From the NCBI GenBank assembly GCA_051871535.1, contig JBJECX010000006.1, positions 9,273 through 73,272 on the forward strand: a stretch of 64,000 bases of DNA, written 5' to 3'. A model generated the notes under the pieces. That model had not been told where the DNA came from. It saw only the letters and a program-made list of their open reading frames with translations, and made no database searches. This document shows positions 10,184 through 18,719 of this stretch, in pieces; the first letter of the stretch is position 1, and every line of letters starts with the position of its first letter. Both the position numbers and the translations under genes were made by a program. Source of the DNA: Muribaculaceae bacterium. GTDB lineage: Bacteria > Bacteroidota > Bacteroidia > Bacteroidales > Muribaculaceae.

Positions 10184-10917
10184 CAAATCGAATAAAGCTA
10201 TTAATAGTAATGTTCTTGTTCTTGGGCGCACTTACCGCCCAAGGGCAGGAACATTTCAGTCGTAATATCGACCAAGTGGTGTTTGTGCCCAAAGGGCAGT
10301 GGGTGGTTGGGCTGAGTGCCAACTACGGGCAAAGCAAGTTCGACAACTATCAATATCTGGTGGTTGAAAACATCAATGGCGACAACTACTCGTTCAAGGT
10401 GAGCCCCATGCTCTGCTATATGTTCAAGGACGACCTTGGCATTGGCGGCCGTTTCGCCTACACCCGCACCCGCACAAAAATGAACAGCGCCGACTTTGTG
10501 CTATCGAGCGACGACTCGTTCAGCATCGACAACCTCTATGCCATCACGCAAAACTATCACAGCACCGTGCTCATGCGCCAATACATGAGTCTGGGAAAAT
10601 CGAAGCGCTTTGGCATCGTCAACGAAATGACGCTGCGCTACGGCTTGAGCGAATCGAAACTGGCAAGCGGCTCGGGCGTCGACTTTTCCGGCTCGTTTAT
10701 GCGCACCCACTCGTTCGGGCTGGGCGTATCGCCCGGCATTTGCGTGTTCCTAAGCAACTATTCGGCTGTGGAGGTTAATGTTGGTGTGCTCGAACTCGGC
10801 TACTCGAAGATGCGTCAAACCAACAATCAGATTCAAGTGGCTAACACCAAGAACAAGAGCGCTAATTTCAAGATTAACTTATTCTCAATATCCCTCGGGG
10901 TGGCATTCTACTTATGA
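10180..10917 (+). CDS. Small outer-membrane beta-barrel candidate (245 aa)
   Basis: Signal peptide. Alternating hydrophobic pattern with Y/G/S/N-rich segments. C-terminus ANFKINLFSISLGVAFYL. ATGA overlap with the upstream gene. Confidence 0.55.
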   Translation: MTNRIKLLIVMFLFLGALTAQGQEHFSRNIDQVVFVPKGQWVVGLSANYGQSKFDNYQYLVVENINGDNYSFKVSPMLCYMFKDDLGIGGRFAYTRTRTKMNSADFVLSSDDSFSIDNLYAITQNYHSTVLMRQYMSLGKSKRFGIVNEMTLRYGLSESKLASGSGVDFSGSFMRTHSFGLGVSPGICVFLSNYSAVEVNVGVLELGYSKMRQTNNQIQVANTKNKSANFKINLFSISLGVAFYL

Positions 10918-11810
10918 TTACAAGTCTAAAACACATAATTTGCCTCATAGCAGCGGCAGCGGCATTCACACTTCCGGCAGCGGCACGGGATGCCGATATG
11001 CCCGGGCTCAAAGACGTGGTAGTGGCGGACAGCATAGTGGGCGAACTGGCTTCAGTATTGGCTGAGGACGCCGAACTGCACAAGAAAGTGATTGTGGGCA
11101 AGGACACCGTGAGTGTGATTATCCCCGATCGCAACTACGGTCGCTATCATCGCGGCCTTTACACCCACCTGTTTGTGCCCAAGGGGCAGTTTGCCTGCGG
11201 CTTGCAAGCCTCCTATGGCAGCGCCAGCTCCGAGGACCTACAAGTGCTCAGCTACATCACCGACCTCGACTTCGACGGCACCACCTACTCGTTCAAGCCC
11301 TATTTCAGCTATTTCTATAAGCACAACAAATGCTTGGGCGTGCGGCTTGGTTTCTCGCGAAACGAGTTCAACCTCAACAGCTTCTCGGTTGACTTCGACG
11401 ACGACATCAACTTTGATGTGCGCGACGTGAAATACTACACTAAAAGCACCTCAATCGAGCTGTTCCGACGCAACTACATCGGCTTGGACAATAGCCGACG
11501 CTTTGCCGTGTTCAACGAGGTGGCTCTGAAGTATGGCAGCGGCAGCGGCAAGTTTCAACGCCTCTACAACGACGAGCCGAAACTCACCGAAACCAACACC
11601 AACGAGCTGCGCCTCGATTTCTCGCCGGGTCTGTGCGTATTCATTCAGGAGAAAGTGGCATTCAACGTGTCGTTTGGCATCTTTGGATGGTACTACCGCC
11701 GCGACAAGCAGACAACCGACGGTGTCAACGAAGGCTCGCGCTCGTCGAGCGGTGCCAACTTCAAAATCAATCTGTTGAACCTGAAACTTGGCATTGCCAT
11801 CTTCATGTAA
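10914..11810 (+). CDS. Small outer-membrane beta-barrel candidate (298 aa), paralog of 10180-10917
   Basis: Shares LFVPKGQ(W/F)..GL.A.YG, the Y(S/T)FK(V/P)...Y block and the C-terminal ANFKINLLNLKLGIAIFM with the preceding gene. ATGA overlap with that gene. Confidence 0.55.
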   Translation: MITSLKHIICLIAAAAAFTLPAAARDADMPGLKDVVVADSIVGELASVLAEDAELHKKVIVGKDTVSVIIPDRNYGRYHRGLYTHLFVPKGQFACGLQASYGSASSEDLQVLSYITDLDFDGTTYSFKPYFSYFYKHNKCLGVRLGFSRNEFNLNSFSVDFDDDINFDVRDVKYYTKSTSIELFRRNYIGLDNSRRFAVFNEVALKYGSGSGKFQRLYNDEPKLTETNTNELRLDFSPGLCVFIQEKVAFNVSFGIFGWYYRRDKQTTDGVNEGSRSSSGANFKINLLNLKLGIAIFM

Positions 11811-11827
11811 TCAAACCAGCAATAGCT

Positions 11828-13408
11828 ATGAAAGTATTCAGCAACATATTTTGCCGGATTATGGCAGCAACGGCTATTACGCTCGTGGCTTCGGGATGCT
11901 TGAAAAACGACATCCCCTACCCGCTTATTCAGGCTGCTTTCACCTCCATCGAGGCAGAGCACCAGGCGGGCACGCCAATCATCGACACCAAGAACCAAAT
12001 GGTAACACTGCGTCTCGACGAGCAAGCCAACATCAAGCAGGTGATGATTAAGAGCTACACCATCACCGAAGGCGCCACCATATCAAACGACATCAAGGGC
12101 GGGCTCAACCTCAGTGGCGAGCCCTACAGCGTGGTGCTCTCGCTCTATCAGGACTACACCTGGGTGATTACCGCACAACAGGTGATAGAGCGCTACTTCA
12201 CGCTCGCCGGTCAAGTGGGCAGCTCAATAATCGACGTCCCTGGCAAGCGCGTGGTGGCTTATGTGCCCAAGAGCGCCGATTTAACCCAAGTGCAGGTGAC
12301 GTCGGCAAAGCTCGGTCCGGCTGAGGTGTCGACCATGACACCCGACCTCAACAATCAGACTGCCGACTTCTCGTCGCCCGTGAAGGTGAAGGTGAACTAC
12401 CATAACACCGTTGAAGAATGGACCATCTACGTCGAGCGCAGCGAGCAGGACGTGCAGCTGAGCAGCGCCGACGCATGGACGCGCGTGATTTGGCTCTACG
12501 GCAGCGCCGAAGCAGGCAAGACCAACGGCTTTGAATACCGCGAAGCCGGCAGCAGCCAGTGGATTGAGGTGCCGCAAGCCCAAATCACCCACAACGGCGG
12601 CTCATACAGCACCTGCGTGAACGGATTGAAGCCGAACACCCTCTACGAGTGCCGTGCCACAAGCGGCGAACTCAAGAGCGGCACCACGGCTGTAACCACC
12701 GACTCGGAATACACCATTCCTAACCTTAACTTCGATTCGTGGTGGCTCAACGACAAGGTGTACTGCCCGTGGGAAGAAGGTGGTGAGACCTATTGGGACA
12801 CCGGCAACAAAGGCGCCACTACGCTTGGCAGCAGCAACAGCGTGCCTTCAACCGACACATGGAACGGCAAAGGCAATTGCGCCGAACTCAACACCAAGTT
12901 TGTGGGCATCGGCGTTGTGGGCAAGCTCGCCGCCGGTAACCTGTTCACCGGCGACTATGTGCGCACCGACGGCACAAACGGCATCCTGCACTTCGGACGC
13001 CCGTTCACCGGACGCCCCACCAAGCTCAAAGGACACTGGAAATGCAACGTGGTGAACATCTCGCACTCATCCAACGAGTTTGCCCATCTCAAGGGTCAAC
13101 CCGACACCTGCGTGGTGTACGTTGCCCTTACCGACTGGAACGAACAATATGAGATTCGCACCAACCCCAACAACCGCCAACTGTTCGACCGCAATGACGA
13201 ACATGTGATTGCCTACGGAACCATCGAGACGGCTAAGACAATCGCCAACTGGCAAGACTTCGAAATCAAGCTGGAGTATCGAGCCACCAACCGCAAGCCT
13301 AAATACATCCTCATTGTGGCTTCGGCAAGCAAATATGGTGACTACTTCACCGGCGGCGACGGCACCACCTTGTGGGTCGATGACTTCTCGCTCGAATGGG
13401 ACTATTAG
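11828..13408 (+). CDS. Surface lipoprotein with FN3-like + PCMD-like C-terminal domain
   Basis: Start moved to ATG 11828 (MKVFSNIFCRIMAATAITLVASGC lipobox); the track ORF extends upstream into the previous gene. FEYREAGSSQWIEVPQ...LKPNTLYECRA is FN3-like. GKLAAGNLFTGDYVRTDGTNGILHFGRPFTGRPTKLKGHWKC and the ending LWVDDFSLEWDY are PCMD-like. Confidence 0.75.
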   Translation: MKVFSNIFCRIMAATAITLVASGCLKNDIPYPLIQAAFTSIEAEHQAGTPIIDTKNQMVTLRLDEQANIKQVMIKSYTITEGATISNDIKGGLNLSGEPYSVVLSLYQDYTWVITAQQVIERYFTLAGQVGSSIIDVPGKRVVAYVPKSADLTQVQVTSAKLGPAEVSTMTPDLNNQTADFSSPVKVKVNYHNTVEEWTIYVERSEQDVQLSSADAWTRVIWLYGSAEAGKTNGFEYREAGSSQWIEVPQAQITHNGGSYSTCVNGLKPNTLYECRATSGELKSGTTAVTTDSEYTIPNLNFDSWWLNDKVYCPWEEGGETYWDTGNKGATTLGSSNSVPSTDTWNGKGNCAELNTKFVGIGVVGKLAAGNLFTGDYVRTDGTNGILHFGRPFTGRPTKLKGHWKCNVVNISHSSNEFAHLKGQPDTCVVYVALTDWNEQYEIRTNPNNRQLFDRNDEHVIAYGTIETAKTIANWQDFEIKLEYRATNRKPKYILIVASASKYGDYFTGGDGTTLWVDDFSLEWDY

Positions 13409-13437
13409 CGCATGTTTCATAAAAAACCATAAATAAT

Positions 13438-13476
13438 AAGGCTGCAAGCAACCATAATGTAACGCTTTGCAGCCTT
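13438..13476 (+). terminator. Hairpin terminator closing the lipoprotein operon
   Basis: AAGGCTGCAA (13438-13447) pairs with TTGCAGCCTT (13467-13476), followed by T-rich sequence. Confidence 0.55.
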
Positions 13477-13482
13477 TATTCT

Positions 13483-13490
13483 TATCTTTG
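13483..13490 (+). promoter_or_regulatory. Candidate -7 box TATCTTTG
   Basis: Exact TAnnTTTG match 50 nt upstream of ATG 13540, directly after the terminator hairpin. Confidence 0.4.
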
Positions 13491-13539
13491 CCATAGCTAT
13501 ACAGGCAGCGTTGCCTGAACAATATTGATTGCAGGAATT

Positions 13540-14538
13540 ATGAAACGATTGTTTGCCGGATTATTGCTTGCTGTGGCGGCGCTCGTTGGCGCGGCACAAG
13601 AGCACATTGTGGTGATGGACAGCCACGGCGGAGGCATACTGCCCGACTCGGTGATGCCCGATGCGCTGAAGCAACGCCTCTACGGCACCCGCGTCACGGC
13701 CGAAGGCTTCAACCTGCAACGCAGCACCGGACTCGATGCTCCCACTCTGGCGCCTAAACTCTCGCCGATGAACAACGTGGAATCGCCGCGGCTCAATGCC
13801 GACCGTTACATCGACTCGCTCGGCATGCGTCGCCCCGACGTGGCACTGCCAAGCAGCTATGCCGTGACCGGCTCCAACAGCCACCTGATTTGGCAACGCA
13901 ACATGTTTGCAGGCGATTTTTCGCACGAAGGCATAATAGCCGACTGGTACGACGGCCACGTGAGCGGCTACAGCGGCATGTCAACCCAACCTATGCTTGG
14001 CTCGGCGCGATGGGCGGGCGCTGCCGTCACTCAGAACTTTGGCGAACACTGGCAGGCGTCAACCGGCATCACCTTCAACAAATACGCCGTACCCTGGAAT
14101 GCCTTTAACACCTATTCGTTCAACGGACAACTGATGTATACGCTCAACAGCAACGTGTCGGTGAGCGCTTTCGGCATCTATGAATCGGCGCCGTTCTTCA
14201 GCCATAGCAACAGCAACCGCGCATCGATGCTATATGGCGGATACCTCACTCTGAAAACCAACAACGACAAGTGGGGCGTGGACATGGGTGCACAAACCTA
14301 TCGCGACCCCGCCACCGGACGCTCTGCCACGCTGCCCATCTTTCGCCCGTTCTACAACCTCAACGGTCAGAAACTCGGCTTTGACCTTGGCGGACTGCTC
14401 TACCAGATTTTCCGGAACATAAGCATCAATGCCAACGGCAGCGGATATGTCGACGGCAACTACACACCGGCTAAAGTGCCACCCATGGGTGGCGGCACTC
14501 ACGGCAAAACACTCGGATTCGAACGCCGACAGCGCTGA
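13540..14538 (+). CDS. Secreted hypothetical protein
   Basis: ATG 13540 gives MKRLFAGLLLAVAALVGAAQE (signal peptide); the track start at 13525 is TTG. No family recognised. Confidence 0.5.
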   Translation: MKRLFAGLLLAVAALVGAAQEHIVVMDSHGGGILPDSVMPDALKQRLYGTRVTAEGFNLQRSTGLDAPTLAPKLSPMNNVESPRLNADRYIDSLGMRRPDVALPSSYAVTGSNSHLIWQRNMFAGDFSHEGIIADWYDGHVSGYSGMSTQPMLGSARWAGAAVTQNFGEHWQASTGITFNKYAVPWNAFNTYSFNGQLMYTLNSNVSVSAFGIYESAPFFSHSNSNRASMLYGGYLTLKTNNDKWGVDMGAQTYRDPATGRSATLPIFRPFYNLNGQKLGFDLGGLLYQIFRNISINANGSGYVDGNYTPAKVPPMGGGTHGKTLGFERRQR

Positions 14539-14590
14539 AAGCCGCTGTCACGCCAATTGCCATATTGTTTTCACAGGCATCCCGAAACCA

Positions 14591-15901
14591 TTATTTACAG
14601 AACTGCATAATCCAATCCCATCCGGTTTTCCACTGATAGGAATAGCGCCAATGACCCGTTTCGGGCACCACCAACAATTTCTTTTGGCTCGAAGCCAGCG
14701 AGTTCCAGCAGGCATAGGTGCTCGTAGGGGCGCAAGTGAGGTCGTTGTAGCCAAACGACATATACACCGGCACTGTGAGAATGCGGGCAAAATTCACCAC
14801 ATCAAAGTAGCGGATGGTCTCAACAGCCTGCTTCACCGAGGCATCGTCCTTGTGGAACAGGAAATAGTGAGGCCAGCCGCCGGCACGCCCGTCGAGATAG
14901 GCTTGCTGGTCGCACAGCGCCGGGAAGAAGCTGATTATCGCTTTCACCTTGGGAAACAATGCAGCGGTGACAATGCTCAATGCGCCACCCTGGCTGCCAC
15001 CCACCACAAACAGGTTCTGCCCATCATACTCGGGCAACGAAGTGAGATATCTGGCAGCGCTCACGCAGCCCAGATACACCTTGCGATAGTAGTAGGTGTT
15101 GCGCGACGCGATGCCGATTGACATATAGTCGTACAGCGCACCTTCGCCCAAGGCAGTATAGTACTGCGCGTCGGCATCGAACGGCAACGAATGAATGCCC
15201 AAATCGAGGGTGATGAACCCGTCGTTGGCAGGCTCGAGATAGCCGCCGATGCGATGAATTCCGGCTCCCGGCACACGCATCACCGCCGGATGTTTGCCGG
15301 GTGTCTTGGGCACGGCAAGTATGCCATAGATGGGCTTCAGCGAAGCTATTTTCACTTGATAGACGTCAATCTTGTCGGTGCATCGGTCGTCGAGGCGCTT
15401 GAGCGTTGCCTTTGGCTCAATCTTGTCGAGAGCAAGCAACTCGCCATCCCACCATTGCCTGAAATCGGCAGGCATGGTCACAGCAGGCTTTATACGGTCG
15501 GGAGCAAAGCCCACGGCGCACGTGCCGGAATATTTCACGCCATCCACCACCACCTCAGCCGTACAGCGCAGAAAACCCGGCTCTTTCATGGTGCCGCCTT
15601 TGATGGTGGCAACGCCACCCTTCACAACGGCGCTACCGCCGGCGTGCGCCGGCATCTTGTCGCAACAAATGGAGTAATCGGTTGTCACTCCGTCGAGCGC
15701 CACGCCAGACGATTTCACTTCCACGTTAAACTTAACCTGCTTTCCCAAGTCATAATAATAAGAATTAGCCACTTCGCCGATATCGGCTTTGCTGCAAGCT
15801 CCGGCAGGAGTGACGGTGACGGTGACAAGCTTTTGCGAAGGTTGCGCTGCTGCCACGGCAAAAAGCACAAGGGCTACGATGGTTGATGCAATGCGTTTCA
15901 T
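14591..15901 (-). CDS. Acetyl xylan esterase / cephalosporin-C deacetylase-like (CE7, AXE1 family) with an N-terminal extension
   Basis: Signal peptide from ATG 15901 (MKRIASTIVALVLFAVAAAQ). GGSQGGALS nucleophile elbow. C-terminal ...LLVVPETGHW with the catalytic His context. Confidence 0.75.
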   Translation of the reverse strand: MKRIASTIVALVLFAVAAAQPSQKLVTVTVTPAGACSKADIGEVANSYYYDLGKQVKFNVEVKSSGVALDGVTTDYSICCDKMPAHAGGSAVVKGGVATIKGGTMKEPGFLRCTAEVVVDGVKYSGTCAVGFAPDRIKPAVTMPADFRQWWDGELLALDKIEPKATLKRLDDRCTDKIDVYQVKIASLKPIYGILAVPKTPGKHPAVMRVPGAGIHRIGGYLEPANDGFITLDLGIHSLPFDADAQYYTALGEGALYDYMSIGIASRNTYYYRKVYLGCVSAARYLTSLPEYDGQNLFVVGGSQGGALSIVTAALFPKVKAIISFFPALCDQQAYLDGRAGGWPHYFLFHKDDASVKQAVETIRYFDVVNFARILTVPVYMSFGYNDLTCAPTSTYACWNSLASSQKKLLVVPETGHWRYSYQWKTGWDWIMQFCK

Positions 15902-15930
15902 GTTAAGGGGTGCTATATAGTTCTTACACC

Positions 15931-15938
15931 CAAAGTTA
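15931..15938 (-). promoter_or_regulatory. Candidate -7 box (TAACTTTG on minus strand)
   Basis: Plus-strand CAAAGTTA, 30 nt upstream of the esterase ATG 15901. Confidence 0.4.
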
Positions 15939-16023
15939 GCAAGAATTGAAACAACCGCAGCAAAAACCAATTAAAAAAATTTAAAAACACTGCCACCGAC
16001 AGCTGTTTGAACAAGATAATTGC

Positions 16024-16031
16024 TATCTTTG
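16024..16031 (+). promoter_or_regulatory. Candidate -7 box TATCTTTG
   Basis: Exact TAnnTTTG match 60 nt upstream of ATG 16092. Confidence 0.4.
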
Positions 16032-16091
16032 GCAGCATAATCAAGCTATCGAGAAAAAAACAATATAAACTGATTAATTGCAAACAAAACT

Positions 16092-16490
16092 ATGAAAAAG
16101 GTTAGAGTATTACTTTTGATGGCACTGCTGAGCGTGATGACAATGTCGCTCACATCGTGCGAAGAAGATGAGCACTACTATGGCAACGTGGTGGGCATAT
16201 GGGAGTTGCAATCCGACGAATACGGCTATGTGCCCGACATCGATGTCGACAAATATGCATTCTATCCCGACGGAACCGGCGTATACGGATGCTACAACGA
16301 CAAAGGCTACTGGATTTCCGACATACCGTTTCTGTGGAGCTACGGATGGAATGGCCCCGGCAGCATCTGCATCGACTTCGGTGGCGCCAACGAATATTAT
16401 TACTACTACGACTTCGACGGCCCGAATCTGGTGCTGAGCGAAGACCCATATTTCCGCAGCTGGCTCTCCTATCGCCGCGTTCCAAATTGA
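16092..16490 (+). CDS. Small hypothetical lipoprotein
   Basis: MKKVRVLLLMALLSVMTMSLTSC lipobox, followed by an aromatic/Gly-rich mature region. No family recognised. Confidence 0.55.
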   Translation: MKKVRVLLLMALLSVMTMSLTSCEEDEHYYGNVVGIWELQSDEYGYVPDIDVDKYAFYPDGTGVYGCYNDKGYWISDIPFLWSYGWNGPGSICIDFGGANEYYYYYDFDGPNLVLSEDPYFRSWLSYRRVPN

Positions 16491-16525
16491 TGGCTCGCCC
16501 CGGGAGGGAGGCATGTGCCGAACAA

Positions 16526-16588
16526 ACAATTGGCTGTTGCATCGGCGCCGGGCAGGCGTGGCGGCAACAGCCAATTTCTATATCCAAT
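16526..16588. repeat. 63 bp direct-repeat copy 1, containing a 13 bp-stem hairpin
   Basis: AATTGGCTGTTGC (16528-16540) pairs with GCAACAGCCAATT (16564-16576). 60/63 identical to 17128-17190. Confidence 0.85.
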
Positions 16589-16598
16589 GGTGGAACAT

Positions 16599-16820
16599 TC
16601 AGTTATTTTCTTCAAATTCCTCATACAACGCCACCGGACCAAGATGCCACATTTTTGAGCTTTCTTGCTCGAGTTGCCGATAGGTGTTTGATGAATATAC
16701 GCATTTAATGGCATCTATCACGCCAATGTTATCTTTCAAAGCAAGGTAATCAGCAATGCGGCTGACTTTTGACGGCAGAAGCAAATAAAGATTGTTCTGG
16801 TTAATATCGAATTGCATCAT
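16599..16820 (-). CDS. DUF3791-like small protein
   Basis: 73 aa; ...IADYLALKDNIGVIDAIKCVYSSNTYRQLEQESSKMWHLGPVALYEEF resembles DUF3791 members. Low-GC cassette. 4 nt overlap with the upstream gene. Confidence 0.55.
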   Translation of the reverse strand: MMQFDINQNNLYLLLPSKVSRIADYLALKDNIGVIDAIKCVYSSNTYRQLEQESSKMWHLGPVALYEEFEENN

Positions 16821-17038
16821 AATGTAATATTTTTTGCCTCAATAAGGCTTTCTATTTCTTCAGTTATCCATTGTGCACTTTGGGTGTGAAGAATCTCATA
16901 ATGCTCGTAGAGATAGTCGAGGATGCCATTTTCTGCCAAGATGTTCATAGCTTCCTCACCCTTTATACCTTTCTTGTTCTTGTACTGCTCAATACAGAAC
17001 GAAAGAAAAAATGATATGTCCTGATTACGATTTGCCAT
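16817..17038 (-). CDS. DUF3791-like small protein
   Basis: 73 aa; DISFFLSFCIEQYKNKKGIKGEEAMNILAENGILDYLYEHYEILHTQS matches the DUF3791 pattern as I recall it. Confidence 0.6.
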   Translation of the reverse strand: MANRNQDISFFLSFCIEQYKNKKGIKGEEAMNILAENGILDYLYEHYEILHTQSAQWITEEIESLIEAKNITL

Positions 17039-17127
17039 TTTCGCAATTATAGCTATTCTTGAGATTTATATTACAAATATACAAATATTATTGATTATTT
17101 TACGATAATTATTTCGTCAAAATAAAC

Positions 17128-17190
17128 ACAATTGGCTGTTGCATCGACACCGGGCAGGCGTGGCGGCAACAGCCAATTGCTATATCCAAT
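17128..17190. repeat. 63 bp direct-repeat copy 2, containing a 13 bp-stem hairpin
   Basis: AATTGGCTGTTGC (17130-17142) pairs with GCAACAGCCAATT (17166-17178). Same orientation as copy 1. Confidence 0.85.
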
Positions 17191-17208
17191 ACAATAATAA
17201 TCTACTGT

Positions 17209-18510
17209 TTATTTGGCTCGATAGGCACGATATCCGTAGGTGGCAATCACCACAAAGCAGATGAACGGCAAGATGAACGAGGCGTTCACAGCCGGCAGCG
17301 GCCCTACGGTGCCAAGGTCGATGATGGTGCCCTGCAACGGCGGCATGATTGCACCACCCACAATGGCAAGCACAAGGAATGCTGCGCCAAAGGTGTGGTC
17401 GGCATGGTCGACACTCTCAAGCGCGATGCCATAGATGGTGGGGAACATCAGCGACATGAAAATCGACGTTGCCACCAGGCAATACAGACCAGCAATGCCG
17501 TCGATGAGTATTGTGCCGGCATTGGTGACCATAGCACAAAGGGCAAACACCATGAGCAGCATGCGCGAGTTGACGTATTTCATCAGGAAAGTGCTGATGA
17601 AACGGCCGCAAAGAAACATACCCATCGCCACGATGTTGTAGAGCTGGGCTGTAGCCTTGTTGATGCCCAAGCGGTCGGCATACTGGATGATGAACGTCCA
17701 GGTCATGATTTGAGTGGCAACATAAAACACCTGTGCTATCACACCCTCGCGATAGATGCGGTTGCCGAACAGACGCTTCACCGAATGTGTGAACTTGGCT
17801 TTCGGCGCCGACTGTTCTTCCTCGGTTTTCTTGGATGTTTTTACAAACACGGCAATGAGCAGGAACATGAACACCACCACGCAACCAAGTATCACATACG
17901 GGTTGCGAATCACCTCCAGGTCGTGGAGGCGGATGGCTGTCTTGGCTGCTTCATCGAGGTTGGAGAATCCCACTTCGCGCACTTCGGGAGCATCGCTCTG
18001 CAGCGATGAGAGCACCACATTAGATGCCACAAACATACCCAGCAGCGAGCCCATGGGGTTGAACGACTGCGACAGATTGAGACGGCGCGTAGCAGTGTCC
18101 TTGCTGCCTAACGAGAGTATGAACGGGTTGGAAGTGGTTTCGAGAAACGCCAACCCGAAAGTGAGCACATACAGCGACACGCAGAAGAACGAGAACTGCT
18201 GATAGGCAGCAGCCGGAATGAACATGAACGCACCCACGGCGTAGAGCGTAAGCCCAAGCAGAATGCCGCTCTTGTAGCTATAGCGATGCACAAACAGGGC
18301 TGCGGGTATTGCCATGGTGGCATATCCGCCATAGAACGCAAATTGCACCAACGACGCCTTTGCTGCCGAGATTTCCATCACGGTTTGAAAAGCTGCCACC
18401 ATAGGGTTGGTGATATCGTTGGCAAAACCCCAAAGCGCAAACAGTGAGGTTATCAATACAAAGGTCAAAATATATTTCTTTTCAACCAACGGCGACGTGT
18501 TATTTGCCAT
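17209..18510 (-). CDS. fucP: L-fucose:H+ symporter (MFS, FucP family)
   Basis: 433 aa, 12-TM MFS-like sequence typical of FucP (FALWGFANDITNPMV..), located beside fucI/fucA. Confidence 0.8.
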   Translation of the reverse strand: MANNTSPLVEKKYILTFVLITSLFALWGFANDITNPMVAAFQTVMEISAAKASLVQFAFYGGYATMAIPAALFVHRYSYKSGILLGLTLYAVGAFMFIPAAAYQQFSFFCVSLYVLTFGLAFLETTSNPFILSLGSKDTATRRLNLSQSFNPMGSLLGMFVASNVVLSSLQSDAPEVREVGFSNLDEAAKTAIRLHDLEVIRNPYVILGCVVVFMFLLIAVFVKTSKKTEEEQSAPKAKFTHSVKRLFGNRIYREGVIAQVFYVATQIMTWTFIIQYADRLGINKATAQLYNIVAMGMFLCGRFISTFLMKYVNSRMLLMVFALCAMVTNAGTILIDGIAGLYCLVATSIFMSLMFPTIYGIALESVDHADHTFGAAFLVLAIVGGAIMPPLQGTIIDLGTVGPLPAVNASFILPFICFVVIATYGYRAYRAK

Positions 18511-18719
18511 ATTCTTTAGGGGAGTGTATTATGGAAGGATAGATTATCAGGTTAATATCTCTTCATCGGGCGGGAGGGAAAAGGAGTGTGGAGTGCACCG
18601 GCTGCACATACTGCCCAAGCCCGCAAGCGAGGCTCCGCCGCATAGCAATTGTTTTCGCGGCACGCGCAGCACAGGCAACCATGCACCACTGCAGGCTCTG
18701 TTTTCTCCAAGCCCCGGTT

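Noticed and set aside
11633-11827. Upstream extension of the fourth lipoprotein ORF given in the ORF track.
   Set aside because: The extension overlaps the preceding barrel gene. ATG 11828 gives a canonical lipoprotein signal peptide.
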